A DNA stretch of 64,000 nucleotides from Tubulanus polymorphus (GCF_964204645.1 NC_134029.1:806001-870000); one strand, 5' to 3'; counted from the stretch's first letter, positions 1 to 12,744 are shown. Numbers and translations: made by a program. Notes: generated by a model not told the origin, from the letters alone.

Positions 1-60
1 CAGCAACAGCAGCAGTAGCAGCAGCAGTAGCAGCAGCAACAGCAACAGCAACAGCAGCAG
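1..60. repeat. Imperfect (CAG/CAA/TAG)n trinucleotide repeat
   Basis: cagcaacagcagcagtagcagcagcag... directly visible at window start. Confidence 0.9.
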
Positions 61-167
61 AGTGAAAGATCGAGAGAAAAAGGATTCAACTTGAACTCTT
101 CATACCAAATAGAAACAATGCGCATCGTCCGGGACAAGAATCGAGGTCCCAACCTCCCTAGTTTTTT

Positions 168-640
168 CTACGCCTGATTTAAAGGTTCATATCAAATCAT
201 TTATTATTTCTCTTACAAATGCCCCAGTCGGGCATCCCCCGAACACTACGTCCACCGTGGCGTAATTTTCAGAAATATTTGAGATGATTACCGTACACTC
301 CACGTCACTGGGTCCCGTGCAGCCGTCTTTACAGTTGTGATTACAACATTCAGTTTTTGCAGGTCCAAAACAAATACCGTGTTCATAAACTGTTGTACAA
401 GTTTCATCACATGTTCCAGCGTAGCCTACAACGTGATTGAATTAACAAGAAAAAATCGTGTTTCTGAACTCGGAGAATCCGAACGCACCCCACAAGGATT
501 GGATATAATCATCCGGGGCCAATGTATTGCAACTTGAAGAACGGACTGTAAAAACTGTGGAACCTTTGTAATCAAATTAATTTACCTTTCACTAAAACGA
601 TGGAAATCGCTGCTAAGCAAATAAAAACGTCGCGTAACAT
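168..640 (-). CDS. Small secreted protein with furin-like (EGFR/insulin-receptor type) cysteine-rich modules; 3' end uncertain
   Basis: Exon 640-586 encodes signal peptide MLRDVFICLAAISIVLVK(G) ending at G|gtaaat; phase-matched exon from 425 (ttgtag|) reads GYAGTCDETCTTVYEHGICFGPAKTECCNHNCKDGCTGPSDVECT, matching the C-x3-C...C-x-GP...CC-x3-C-x2-GC-x-GP...C furin-like pattern. End may be 168 (spliced, A-stop), about 187 (read-through) or outside the window. Confidence 0.65.
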
Positions 641-1647
641 CGTGAACCCGCACAAAGGTTAAAGTTTAGAAAACTGCAGTGACTATGTTAAAAATGTATA
701 ACCAGTTGGTCGACTTTATACCAGTGTGTGAATGATTTACGGAAATGCTATCAGTATCAGTGTTTTGTGAGGAGTTTTGACGCGGTTGTTGACAGTTAAA
801 TATTGATAATATTGATTGTCTGTCACACCTGCTCTGAGACAGTTGATCTAAATCATGCTTTTGTATCTATTTATTGAAGCGCACGTATCGCTATTCTCTA
901 TGACGGATGTTTATATCTTATCACTCAAATGATATTCATATCTATCAATGATAGACGAATGTTTGATAATGCATTTCTAGAGCAGGAAACCTGATGAAAA
1001 CGATGTGTTCGTCAGTGTCGATTGTACAGTTGCTTTGCCCGTAGCCAGGAATTTTCGTTGAAAAAATGAGGAAATTTGTCCATTTTCCAAGCAAAATGAC
1101 TGCAGTTCTAAAACTAACCTTGGCCATAGGCTCCTAATGCTAACCGGGCTTACTGTCGGCTCAACTGTCATGCAATGATTATAGCATTGTTGCACAATCA
1201 TTCTCAAATTACATTAGAATTTCTTTAAGAATGCGTCCGGAGGGTGGGCTGCAGATTGATACTGCATTGTGAGTTGAAGTCTAGTCAAGGTTTGATTTTC
1301 CTGGTCCACACCCGCACAGAGAGAATATTCCATAAAATATAAACGAAAATAACTAAATTCTATATTTAAGAAGAACAAATTTTACTTTTCTTCATCCACC
1401 CCAGGAGGAACTAACAGAAATATTCGAGCAGCAAAACGCGACCTCAATATTCTACACGCCATTACCAACAAGCGGCAGCAGTAGTAGTAGTTTAAACACA
1501 CCACCATGCAGTGCACAGCAAAACAAGCACTGAAATTGCATGTGTCTAATAGTTCTTTAACGATGGGAAAACAGATATAAAAAGTACGCAAACGATCAAC
1601 TGAACTCGCACGACTCGAGAGAGAGAGAGAGAGAGAGCAGATGAAAT

Positions 1648-4600
1648 CTAAAGTTTTAATGCGGCGACAACAATCCCAGTCACAACAGCAGCTAAACCCA
1701 CAGCACCAGCGACGACCTGGTACCATCGCACCTGCAGAAAATACAAATCATCTACAATCGGCTCAAATTGGCGTAAATACTTCATGAACGGTTTGATAGT
1801 ACTTACAGAAAATTTACTCTTCTTCGGGGGAGGCTTCGGCGTGGAATCTGAACTGAACATTTTACGATACAAATCTTTTTCTTTCTCTTTCTCAGCGAGT
1901 TGTCGATTGACTAATTTCGACAATTCCTGGTGAATCACCTACAGCAAGAACAGAGGCAGAATAGAGACAGAAAGGATGAGAGAAAATGTATTAAACTTCA
2001 TCGACTGTTTTTTTTCCCTCACCTTCGCTTCGGGTTCAAGTTGAAGAGCTTTCCGTAAACATTTCACAGCCTCATCAGTTTCACCGGTTCCGGTCAGCGC
2101 CTGAAAATCACAATCAGTTAAAACATGAGAACTAGTTCTAGACATTACAGTTAACTCTGAACTCTGGGTCCAGTTGTTTCAAAGTTACCCGTAAGTCACC
2201 AAAAACGAACTGCTGTTAACTCATGAGTTAACTCTTAACTCACATCTGTGGAACCAGGTCTCTTTCATTTCATTTCAATCGAGTCAAATGTGAACACTGA
2301 GGAACTGCGTCCAGATATTCAAACCGAGTTCCACAGTTTCATGTTGAAATTTGATTCTATGGTTAAGACATGAACCTGGCTCCTGGTTTATGGTACTGTT
2401 TATAACTGACTGACCTTTCCTTTGCGGAATAAAGCCTTTACGTCATGGGGTTGAGCCTTCAGAACACTATCACAGGATTTTATCGCAGCATCGAACGCTT
2501 TCAACTACAAACAAACAAAACATCATCACTTATTTTCAGAAAAGCAATTGATAAAGATTTTAAAATTATCTCCAGGACCCAGTTCCAAAGTTGTGAGTTA
2601 GAGTTAATTCTGAGTATAAGTTAGTTCATTTTCGATGAGTTAACTCAGAGTTATGGAACTGAACCCTGAACATTCGGGGTATTAATTATTCAGTAATGAA
2701 AGGGTTTCAAAGATGCTAAGAATGTACCTTCAACTGTGCGGCAGCCAGGTTATTATAACACGTCACTTGTGCGTCTAACATTTTTTGCACATCAGCAGTT
2801 TCAGCATCAGGACTCTGAATACTTTCATCAAGTATCGATAAAGCTCTATAAAATATTGTAAATTAGACATGTTTATGTTATATTCAGGAATCTAAAATTG
2901 ATCTCAAATGAGTTTTTAACTTACTTTGAATAAGAATTCACGGATGAAGCATAGTCGTGTCTGGTGTAATGTTTATTACCAATCTCTCTCTTTTTATCAC
3001 TAAATAAAAACAATTTCATAATCGTCATCATCGCAATCATCCTACGTATACAGGTTACTGTACGGTAATGTGAGGAAATACCAGTAAAATACTGACCCTA
3101 ATTCAAGTCGTTTTGAAATGGGTAAAACAGAATAATCCAGTTTATCACCGATAGCTTCCAGTTCAACTTCATAGATAACAATTGAATCAGGAGGAATGTC
3201 TGGATCTCTGCGAATTAATCATTAATTAAAACAATTACTACTCAGAACTGTAGAAACTGGTCATGATTAATTCATCTGCTCATTAATATTAATTACCTGC
3301 CCATATCACCGAAAGCAAATCTTGGTTGGACGGTCAATTCAGCTTTCTCACCCTTCTCCATCAGAGCGATACCAAGATCTAAACCTGCAATGATAGAATC
3401 AGTGCTCGTGATGTTTTTACGAGTAGCTCCCATAGGATCGGCTCCTGCTGTACGAGAGTGGTTCAAGAAACAGGGATTTTACCTTGAATAACGTCACCAT
3501 CACCGAGCGTAAATTCATAATGCGCCATTTCATCGACTAGAGTTCCATCTGATAAACGACCCTTCATCGTTACAATCACCTGATCGTTCAGAGTCGGACG
3601 AGTTGTGATTCCTTCTCCGGCTGAAATTACCTGCCAAATACACATCGAAAATCAAACATTATTCCTAATAGTCAGTCTCCTATGAAACTATTACACCGAA
3701 ATATTCAAATACGGAGCTCAATTCTCAATTAGATTTAATTCTTTAGAGAATTGAATATTTCACTGATGGACTGAAACTGGCTCCTCTCATAAATTGTCCC
3801 TCGATCGAATGCCTATCATACCTTCTTTTTAATTTGTCCATTTCCGAGCACATCCATAAAGTCTTTATCAGCATCTTCGGTATGTTTGACTATATCCGGT
3901 ATCTCTGGTTTAATTACATCTTCCATTTTATCCGATTCTTCAGATTCATCACCGTTCGCTAATGGAGGATTATCACCATCTAAAACACACCGAAAACAAC
4001 AATGCCGTCAGATTTTTATATTTTTCAAAAAGATTCAAATTTTACAAACGAAATTTGTCCGAATTGAGAGTGGATGATAAAGCAGTTTAACTGCTCAATT
4101 AACAGTGTTAGAAGTTGTCTCATATTTTACCTGATGATGCAGTACTTTTGGCAGTTTCCTTCGGCAAATCGGATTCATCAATACTGTTTCGGTCATCTTC
4201 TTCTTTCACAGTTTTCAGGCCAATATCCTCACTTCCATTGACAGGTGGATCCTGGAAAATTTCACCACAAATAAATCACTTAAAAAAAACCTATAAATTA
4301 TAGGTATCTTTGTCACTACAAAACGCAGAGAATAAGTTGGCCAGTATTTTCAAATTTCAAACTGCAAAACGCGTACGTATTTAAGCGAACTCTTGTTAGC
4401 TCGAGGGAACAAAGCTGAAAACCTACACACAGAACAGCTATAGCTGAGCAGATCCTGAATTCGCCAGTAACCCATGAAACTAAAACCCAACTCAACAGTT
4501 GTGAGGTAAATTTGACTCTACAGTTAGATATGTCTGATGTTTTAACTCCGAGTCAAATTTTAACTGAGAAATTTGAAAGTGTGGCCAGCCCAGAGGTTAC

Positions 4601-5846
4601 TGACTAATCCTGAACCAATGGAATGCATGCACAATATCAGAAAAACTGGGGACAGAAAGAAATAAACCATTATCAGATGTGAAGAGTTGTAATTAACCTG
4701 CACTGACTGACCGACTCCTTACCACCGGGGAGGGACTACAGGACGACATCACGGATAGAGAAGTATACCCATCTCCTATCAATCATCCATCACTTCACAA
4801 TTTACCTCATTGTGCAGTTTACCAGCAGCTGCAGCAGCTGAACAGGTACATTGAATACGACCGTCAGGAGTAAATGTATATAACCCTGCCTCGGGGTAAG
4901 CTGCATAAATCTGTTGTCGATCTGAACCCCAGATTTTCGTAGCTATCGGTCGGATAATGGTTTTATCGCGAGTTATTTTAGCGTTGGGATTTTGAAGTAA
5001 CGAGGCCCAGTAAATTTGACTACATATACATTGACCTGTAGTGGAAGATGAACATACAGGTGCAACGGGTTCCGTAGCAGGTGCAGCTGGTTTTATAGGT
5101 ATGGCTGGTTCTGTAGGTGCAGCTGGTTCTGTAGCTGGTGCAGCTGTTTCCGCAGGTTTGGCTGATTCTGTTGCAGGCTTGGCTGCTTCTGTAGGAGGTA
5201 TGGCTGGTTCTGCAGGTGCAATTGATTCTGTTGCAGATGCAGCTGGTTCTGCAGGTGCAATTGGTTCTGTAGCAGGTACAACTGGTTCCTGCCCCATGGT
5301 GTCATCATCTTGATGGCTTACTTCCCCCTTCGCTGCATCTTCTAGCACAACTTCACCCCGTTTGGTATCTGGTGCATCCTCGTGCAATGCAGATACATCA
5401 TCCTCCGGTGCATCATGTTCTGGTACAATATGTACTGCATCATCAGGTGCAGCATCGCCAGCAGGACCTACATCATCAGGTGCAGTATGATCTGATGCGA
5501 CATCATCCAATATCTGTACAAAAATAATAATTATACTAATTTATAAGGCCTGTTTAACAGAAAACCACCACAAAATTCTCATAGAGATAGCATGGACCCC
5601 TCTCCCCCCAGAACTCCCGTGATGTTACTTTGAGGTGGGTGTGTCAGTTACAATCAACAAGACAATGTTGAGTCATTATCGATTTAAGATCGATTACAAG
5701 ATTATTGATTATTTCGTAATTTCTACTAAATACGCATCAAAACTAAAGATAAAGTTTTACATGTCGACCTGTGTTTTACATACCGATGGCGCTTGTTGTG
5801 TTGATTGAGTTTCTTCAGTTTCAAAATGCTTCACCTCCTCAGACAT
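1648..5846 (-). CDS. FKBP8: Peptidyl-prolyl cis-trans isomerase FKBP8 (FKBP38): acidic N-terminus, FKBP domain, TPR repeats, C-terminal tail anchor
   Basis: Phase-consistent exons 5846-5784, [5513-4806], 4251-4131, 3979-3822, 3630-3483, 3384-3297, 3207-3097, 2999-2925, 2845-2728, 2504-2415, 2100-2023, 1938-1807, 1731-1648. Motifs FMDVLGNGQIKKK, FTLGDGDVIQGLDLGIALMEKGE, DIPPDS, TPR text ALQLEPEAKVIHQELSKL, DLYRKMF and TM tail WYQVVAGAVGLAAVVTGIVVAALKL. Confidence 0.93.
2573..2668. mobile_element. Short TIR element (MITE-like), intronic copy
   Basis: caggacccagttcca ... tggaactgaaccctg imperfect terminal inverted repeats with internal gagttaactc palindrome; related copies at about 2164-2260, 11236-11280, 53476-53570. 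Confidence 0.6.
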
Positions 5847-6953
5847 TATCACTGCAGCAAAAAACAACGCAGTTTCGTTTTTATATCGAGGGGTTTGACA
5901 TTCGGTCAATTCAATGAAATATATTGAGAGGATGACTCCGATAATATCACATCCAGTAATAGAAGTCAAAATAGATTTTGGCATTTTTGGTCTCTAATAC
6001 AATTCCTTTTTGTATCATTATAAATTCGTACAGAGGGGTTTTGATTCAATCAGGCGAAATAGTCAAACTATATTAACAGGGAAGACTCCGAAACAAATCG
6101 ATAGGCTTAAGCACTTTCAATATAATTCAATTTATTCTATATTGAAAACCCATTTAATTGTTCTGTGAGCTGATTTGCTAACATGTGCCGACAATATTTA
6201 AAATGAATACGAATGAAATAAATTTGAATAAATAAAAATGCATCGATGTGAAGATTACGTGCCTTTTTAATGCGAACTTTTTCCTGCGCGTAAACTCATC
6301 CTTTCACCATAACGGTGTGTTGTTAGGCGCTGGACAAATTAAATCTGATTTCAGTAAATTTTCTGTACTGTTTCAATCAAGTACTGTTATCTGTTTAACC
6401 CGATGAACTATTCTATCGATGCCCCTCAGGTCAGTCACAGTTCTCAATGGCTGTTGTTATATTTGTTGAACTGAACGCCTTGGTTTATCGTCTAACAGCA
6501 GAGACAGGTCAACAAGAAACAACTTTTCTTCCATCTAATGATCTATTCTAAACCTTCCTTCCTGTTCTCTTCGTAACCTTTCTTTCTTCTTTCCTTTCGT
6601 GACCGTTGCCAAACCCATCTATCCTTTACCTCCCCACTAACTGATTGTATAATATTCAATACTTTTCATGTCACTTCCTAAAAATGACTACAACACATTT
6701 TCCCAATCCCTATCTTGACAATTCTTCTTGACAATCAATCAAAAGACAAGTTAAACCTGGCTTCTCTCTAGCTAGGCCTAGCTCTTAATCAATCGTAGGC
6801 CTCTATCAATTACTAGGTCTATGACTATATGTAATGAACCTATTGTCTGATCTTGATTTTAATTTCAGATGGTAGATACCATACGACTACCTACCAGCTA
6901 TGTTAGCGCATAATTTTGTCGATTCATCATTTCAGATAATAAAACATTGAAAG

Positions 6954-9785
6954 ATGGGTCAGACTTTATCGGAACCAGTGACGGCGAAGGAAACTTCGAG
7001 TTGTTCAAATCATTTAGTGAAAGTTGGTTCATCGTGTATGCAGGGTTGGAGAATGAGTATCCTTTACTTTTATACTGAGAGGCATTCCAGCAGTTCTCAT
7101 GTTTTACTGAGCATACGGTAGGCCTAACGAACGGTACCTTTTTTGAATGAAACTGAGTATCGGCGTTATTCATCAAAATTCTCAAAAACAAAATCTATAA
7201 CCAGGGTTAAATGATATACCATTCAATCTAAGAAATTTAATATGATAAAACTTAGTATAAAGTCTTTAACACTGTGATTAAGATATGGAAGATGCTCATA
7301 CTAATCTACTATCATTACCCGGTGATAAAGATGCTTGTTTCTTTGGAGTATTCGATGGCCACGGAGGTGAGAAAATCAAATCATTATAAAATGATTTTTC
7401 TATCATTTTGATTTGTTTTGTAGGAATGATTAATTTTGAGTAAAATTGTTTCAGGTGCTAAAGTAGCTCAGTACGCCGGCGATAACTTACATCAGAAAAT
7501 CATCAACCATCCCGCATACAGTGAGTCATACAACGATTCATTTACACCTCGAGAAATTCATCGTTAAACGGAGATCATTTTCTTATGCCATATTTCAGGT
7601 CAAGGTCAGATACATGAAGCAATAAAAGAAGGTTTTCTATCATTGGATGAAGACATGTTAAAAGGTAAAATTATGCCGGAAAGTTTTCATTGTAGTCAAA
7701 TTATTTGCCCGCAGAAAATCTTTCTTTCTAATTGATTCAATTAATTCAATCATTCAAAAAATATTCAATGAATATTTTTTCTATTTTTCACAGACGATAG
7801 TATGAAAGATGAACTCGCAGGAACCACATCAGTAACAGTGTTATTGAAAGATGGATTACTATACTGTGTATGTGTCTTATCATTAATTTCTTGAACCTTT
7901 ATTTTATTGCTCCATATGATTATAAACAAATTGCATAGGAAATGACACGCAATAAAATATAAACATGAATACAAGAGTACAGGGTACATTAAGACAAAGA
8001 GTGATGAATACATGCGATAAAATAACAAACACAAAATGATAAAAATGAGAAATGCACGGCATGGAAATGACACGAGGTGATAATACAAGCAAGAAAAAAG
8101 CATTACAATGATGAACAGAGGGCATTTAAAGAGTTCAATAATTCACACACATGACCACAGTTTTCAGTTTCTCCATTAAGGATAAGAATACAAATTTATT
8201 GAAAACAGAAAAAAGACTCCTGTGGCTGTAGTTACAGTTTTTTATTGGAAGCCCAGGCTGCACAGATTGATACAGGTCTGTGATATTGATTATCTGTAGG
8301 GAAATGTTGGTGATTCACGTGCGGTAATCAGTGTCAGAGGACGATCAGAAGCTTTATCTCAGGATCATAAACCGAGCAATGAATTAGAAACTAAGCGTAT
8401 AATAGCTGCTGGAGGATGGGTCGAGTTTAATAGAGTTAATGGTTAGTTATTAAACATCAAATTGAAATATAACCCGACTGACTCAAATAGATGGAATTCA
8501 TTGCGAGTGCTCTTTGTCTGTTTGCGTTTTGTAGGTAACCTAGCTTTATCACGGGCTCTCGGAGATTTCATGTTCAAGAAAAATGAGAAAAAACCAGCAG
8601 AAGAACAGATAGTAACGGGTTAGACTTCTACTAAAAACGAGATTCAAATGATTTTCAGCTTCTTTACGTGGTTACTAAGATTACAAATTGATGATGTTTA
8701 TTTTGTAGCTTTTCCCGATGTAACGAATAGAGATCTAAGTCCTGATGTTGAGTTTCTTGTTTTGGCCTGCGACGGTATTTGGGATGTTCTAACGAATCAA
8801 GAAGTGGTCGATTTTGTGCGAGTTCGAGTGGCTCAACGTATGGAACCTGAATTTGTAAGTTCTGTTTAGGGGAAGGGGTGTTGGTTCAGTATCTTGCTGA
8901 TTTTCATCCCCCTCCTTCCTTTTCCCTAATGCTGCACACAATTTTAAACATAAGAACATGAAGTGGCCAATTCTCGCCCTCCTCCCTTGGATGAGGAAAT
9001 ATTTCATGAGTGTGTCTTTCATGGCACATAGGTTGTTTATTGCTGAATGGTGAATGAGAAAAGCCAATGATGACAAGAAAGACTCTGAGAGTAGTGGCAA
9101 TTTTGAAAATGTCTCATAGAATTGAGTCTAAACGTCACTACTCTCTTAGTTTTGAAAATGTCTCATCGCATTGAGTCTGAACGTCACTACTCTCTTAGTT
9201 TTGAAAATGTCTCATAGCATTGAGTCTAAACGTCACTACTCTCTTAGTTTTGAAAATGGCTCAGAATTGAGTCTTAACGTCACTGCTCTCTTGGTTTTGA
9301 AAATGGCTCGTAGAGTTGAGTCTAAACCTCACTACTCTCTTAGTTTTAAAAATGTCTCATAGAATTGAGTCTAAACGTCAATACTCTCTTAGTTTTGAAA
9401 ATGTCTCATAGCATTGAGTCTAAACGTCACTACTCTCTTAGTTTATCTTTATGGTTGAATTTCATTCTTCAGACTGATGCTCGTCTATTGTCCTGTTTAT
9501 TGCTGTTGTTTGTTACTATAAAAGTTTTCGATTTGTTTTTTGTAGATTTGTGAAGAACTGATGACTAAATGTCTTGCTCCTGATTGTCAGGCCGGTGGTC
9601 TAGGATGTGATAATATGACGGTTGTGTTAGTGTGTTTCTTACAGGGCGGTACGTACGACGATCTCGCTGAACGCTGCTCGAACCCGTCGGTGTTAGGACC
9701 GATCCTAGAATTCCAGCAAGCTTCATCTGCTGCTGCTGCCGCTGCCGTGGAGCCGCAATCAGTCGATGAGACCAGAGCCGGATAG
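6954..9785 (+). CDS. Protein phosphatase 2C (PPM family; Ptc2/T23F11.1-like, N-myristoylation motif MGQTLS)
   Basis: Exons 6954-7056, 7283-7366, 7455-7520, 7599-7664, 7794-7867, 8300-8441, 8535-8618, 8709-8854, 9546-9785. Motifs MGQTLSEPV, MQGWRxxMEDAH, [49 protein letters not shown]...GCDNMT. Confidence 0.95.
7057..7282 (+). other. U12-type (minor spliceosome) GT-AG intron in the PP2C gene
   Basis: 5' end GTATCCTTT; branch-point-like TCTTTAAC at 7263-7270, 12 nt before the exon boundary; no polypyrimidine tract; splicing restores GWRM-N-MEDAH. Confidence 0.88.
9101..9443. repeat. 49-bp minisatellite, about 7 copies, in last PP2C intron
   Basis: Unit ttttgaaaatgtctcatagaattgagtctaaacgtcactactctcttag repeated in tandem with few substitutions. 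Confidence 0.95.
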
Positions 9786-10495
9786 AGAATAAATCAACTT
9801 CTCATATCCATCATTTAATACTCAGTGTGACTCGGAATATTATTGGAAACGTTTCCAAATTTATTGATGTACAAAAAGGAGTATTTTCTACGACTAATTT
9901 CAACGGAAAGATGTCGTCATTCATTCCTTTGTGGTGTTTTTATGACGGGAATCAATATCGTTATTATTGCTCACAAAAAACAAAACCATTCAGAGGAGAA
10001 ACTTCATCGTATTCGCACACAGGGTTTGTAGTAAGTCTGGCAACTTCTGAAAATCGTCAACTATCTTAAAATTTGGGATAAGCCTTATAATAGTGATACC
10101 TGGTATGTGAAATCCTGAACGTACTAGAAAGTATTTACTTTTCGGATTAAATTCAATCACAGGAAATTTCTATTGACAAATTTGATTACGAATGCATTTT
10201 CTAATTTCATGGTTTCGAATTATTAATTTAGAAAATTGCCGGGATCTCAGTCAGAAAAACGCGCTTATTTAATTTTGCCTCAGTCCGACTGCTACAAACC
10301 CTGATACAATGTTTCAATGTTATTCTCAATATTGATATTACATCATTGAATTATTGTTTCCTAAACTATCAAAAATCTTCCAAATTATTTCTGTATTCTT
10401 TTTATCCCGATTATAATGATTGAATACTGTTGTCCTAATATAGTCGTACTTATAATGTGCAGCTGAACCTCATGATTTCTTTTAAATAAACGACA

Positions 10496-10937
10496 TAGCC
10501 CTGCTGTAGCCCTGCTGTAGCTCTGCTGTAGCCCTGCTGTAGCCCTGCTGTAGCCCCGCTGTAGCCCCGCTGTAGCCCCGCTGTAGCTCCGCTGTAGCTC
10601 CGCTGTAGCTCCGCTGTAGCTCCGCTGTAGCTCCGCTGTAGCCCTGCTGTAGCTCTGCTGTAGCCCTGCTGTAGCTCTGCTGTAGCTCTGCTGTAGCCCT
10701 GCTGTAGCTCTGCTGTAGCCCTGCTGTAGCTCTGCTGTAGCCCTGCTGTAGCTCTGCTGTAGCTCCGCTGTAGCCCCGCTGTAGCCCCGCTGTAGCTCCG
10801 CTGTAGCTCCGCTGTAGCCCCGCTGTAGCTCCGCTGTAGCTCTGCTGTAGCCCTGCTGTAGCTCTGCTGTAGCCCTGCTGTAGCTCTGCTGTAGCCCTGC
10901 TGTAGCTCTGCTGTAGCCCTGCTGTAGCTCTGCTGTA
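10496..10937. repeat. 11-bp minisatellite (gcYcYgctgta)n, about 40 copies
   Basis: Variants gccctgctgta/gctctgctgta/gctccgctgta/gccccgctgta; accounts for ORF 10450-11007. Confidence 0.95.
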
Positions 10938-11300
10938 CAGAGAAATCTTTTGAAAATATTGAATTCATGTAATGCAGTAAACCCTGCCTTGTGACTATCT
11001 GGGACAAAAACGAAACTATTTTCTGATTTCCTCTGATTTCATTTTTCGGGAACTCGGACTGATTTTGAAGTGGTCCTAGTTTGTCCAGAGTTAGGTGGGG
11101 TTTACTGTAAGTTGTTGTCGGCCTTAATAGTCATGATATAAGGGCATATTTTATATCAGTGTTCATCAGTGCCATAATTACTAGTCATCAGAGATCAGTT
11201 CATTATCAATGAAATTATAATAATACAGTTAACTGCAGGACCCAGTTCCACAGTTGTGAGTCAAACTGTGGAACCTGGAGCTAGTTCCTAATCTTGTCTC

Positions 11301-11422
11301 CAGGGCCCAGTTTCACGAAAAAGTTCAACTCAAATATTTGGTTTGATCGCTATTTGTTACTTCATGCTATCGATAAGGCAGATAATTCAAACTTTTTTAC
11401 AACTTTTTCATGAAACCGAACC
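11301..11422. mobile_element. Short TIR element (MITE-like)
   Basis: cagggcccagtttcacgaaaaagtt ... aactttttcatgaaaccgaacc; related copies at about 18182-18308 and 50337-50449. Confidence 0.55.
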
Positions 11423-12600
11423 GAGAGGTGATTTATTGGAATACTCCGTGTGCAATAACATTACATCATACTATGACATATACATGTATAAATAGATTAA
11501 AGATGACGTGAATAGATTTTATTTTTGTCCGATCATCGAAGTGTTTGATATAGAAATGTACGGTTATCATCAATATATTAGGTTGAAGTGCTATTTAAAG
11601 ATAAAGTATTTATTGAATATTGTATTGTATAGGCGTACTACATGACTTTAGGGAGGAACACACTCACTAACTCTTGTCCATATTTGGACCGGGTATTTAC
11701 TGGTTTGTAAGCAGGTAGTCTACTGTCAATCAGTTCATTGCTATTATTTTAATTTAGTTATGAAATGAAAGCGTTGATTCAGTATTTACAGTACACCTGA
11801 AGTGTTGTCTCATTCGGGCTCTATCCTAATCCTAGTCTCCGGCGTTCTTCTTGTCAAATTAATTTACTGCATTTATTCTCCTGGATCCAGTTTCATATTC
11901 ATGGCTTAGATTTAAGACCGGTCTGAGACCATCTTAGTTCTGTACTTTATTTAAAACTAGTCTTACTGTTTAAGACCACTTTTGGATTGGACTACAGTCA
12001 TGACTGTTACTGGTCCTTGGATTCAGTTGTATAGATATCTCGGTTTGGTGTTCGTTTCCGAGTCAAATCTAAACGGAGAACTATGAAACTGGGTCGTGCT
12101 GTTTAATTATCTATGAGTTCTATTTAATCATTAACTGTCTGACTGTTTTGTGTTGATTCAGTTGTCTGTAAACGTGTGCGTTACGTTCGAAATCGAGTCT
12201 AGTCAATATTAAAGGTGATTTCATTTTGTAAATAATTTGTACATATAGTAGTAATGAGTATTTGTGAATCATTAAGCGGTGTGCAGTTTGTCGACATTGT
12301 TCAGTATTACAGTTTCATTAGTAGTCGGTTAGATTTTTTTCGTTCTCTGAATTGCGTCTAGTTTTCTGTAAAGTAAATGCTGTAGTTTTGTGTTTGAATG
12401 TTGATTGTGATGTCGTTTTACTTGTCTCTCAACATTCACTCTAACCATCGACGTATATAGTTTATACTTCCATGGTATGATTCCGATTTATTCCGAAATA
12501 AGTCAGCTATACAGGTCTTGCACGTGATGTAGTTTTGTCAACCGATGCCTTATACTTGTCATACATAACAACAAGACGTAATCAGGGGATTTACAAACTT

Positions 12601-12744
12601 CAGGGGCCGGTTACATAGTCATGGCTTAAACGTAAGACCAGTCTAAGACTATCTTAGTTCATTAGCTATTCTAACAGCTAAAGACCAGTCTTAGGAGTTA
12701 AGACCACTTTTGGACTTAAGTCTCGACTATGGAACCGGCCCCTG
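12601..12744. mobile_element. Best-preserved MITE copy (PIF/Harbinger-like ends)
   Basis: cag-gggccggttacatagtc ... gactatggaaccggccc-ctg TIRs; internally similar degenerate copies at about 11881-12016 and 32881-33010. Confidence 0.7.

Noticed and set aside
1-93. Possible poly-Ser C-terminus (…SSRVKDREKKDST-stop) of an upstream plus-strand gene
   Set aside because: Only low-complexity sequence is visible; cannot be distinguished from a non-coding microsatellite.
9101-9443. Possible CRISPR-like array (also 13372-13458, 18516-18727, 47973-48197)
   Set aside because: Units are head-to-tail with no unique spacers, in a eukaryotic intron/UTR context with no cas genes: minisatellites.
10450-11007. 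185-aa ORF of SRATAELQQ repeats
   Set aside because: Translation of an 11-bp minisatellite; no splice or codon support.
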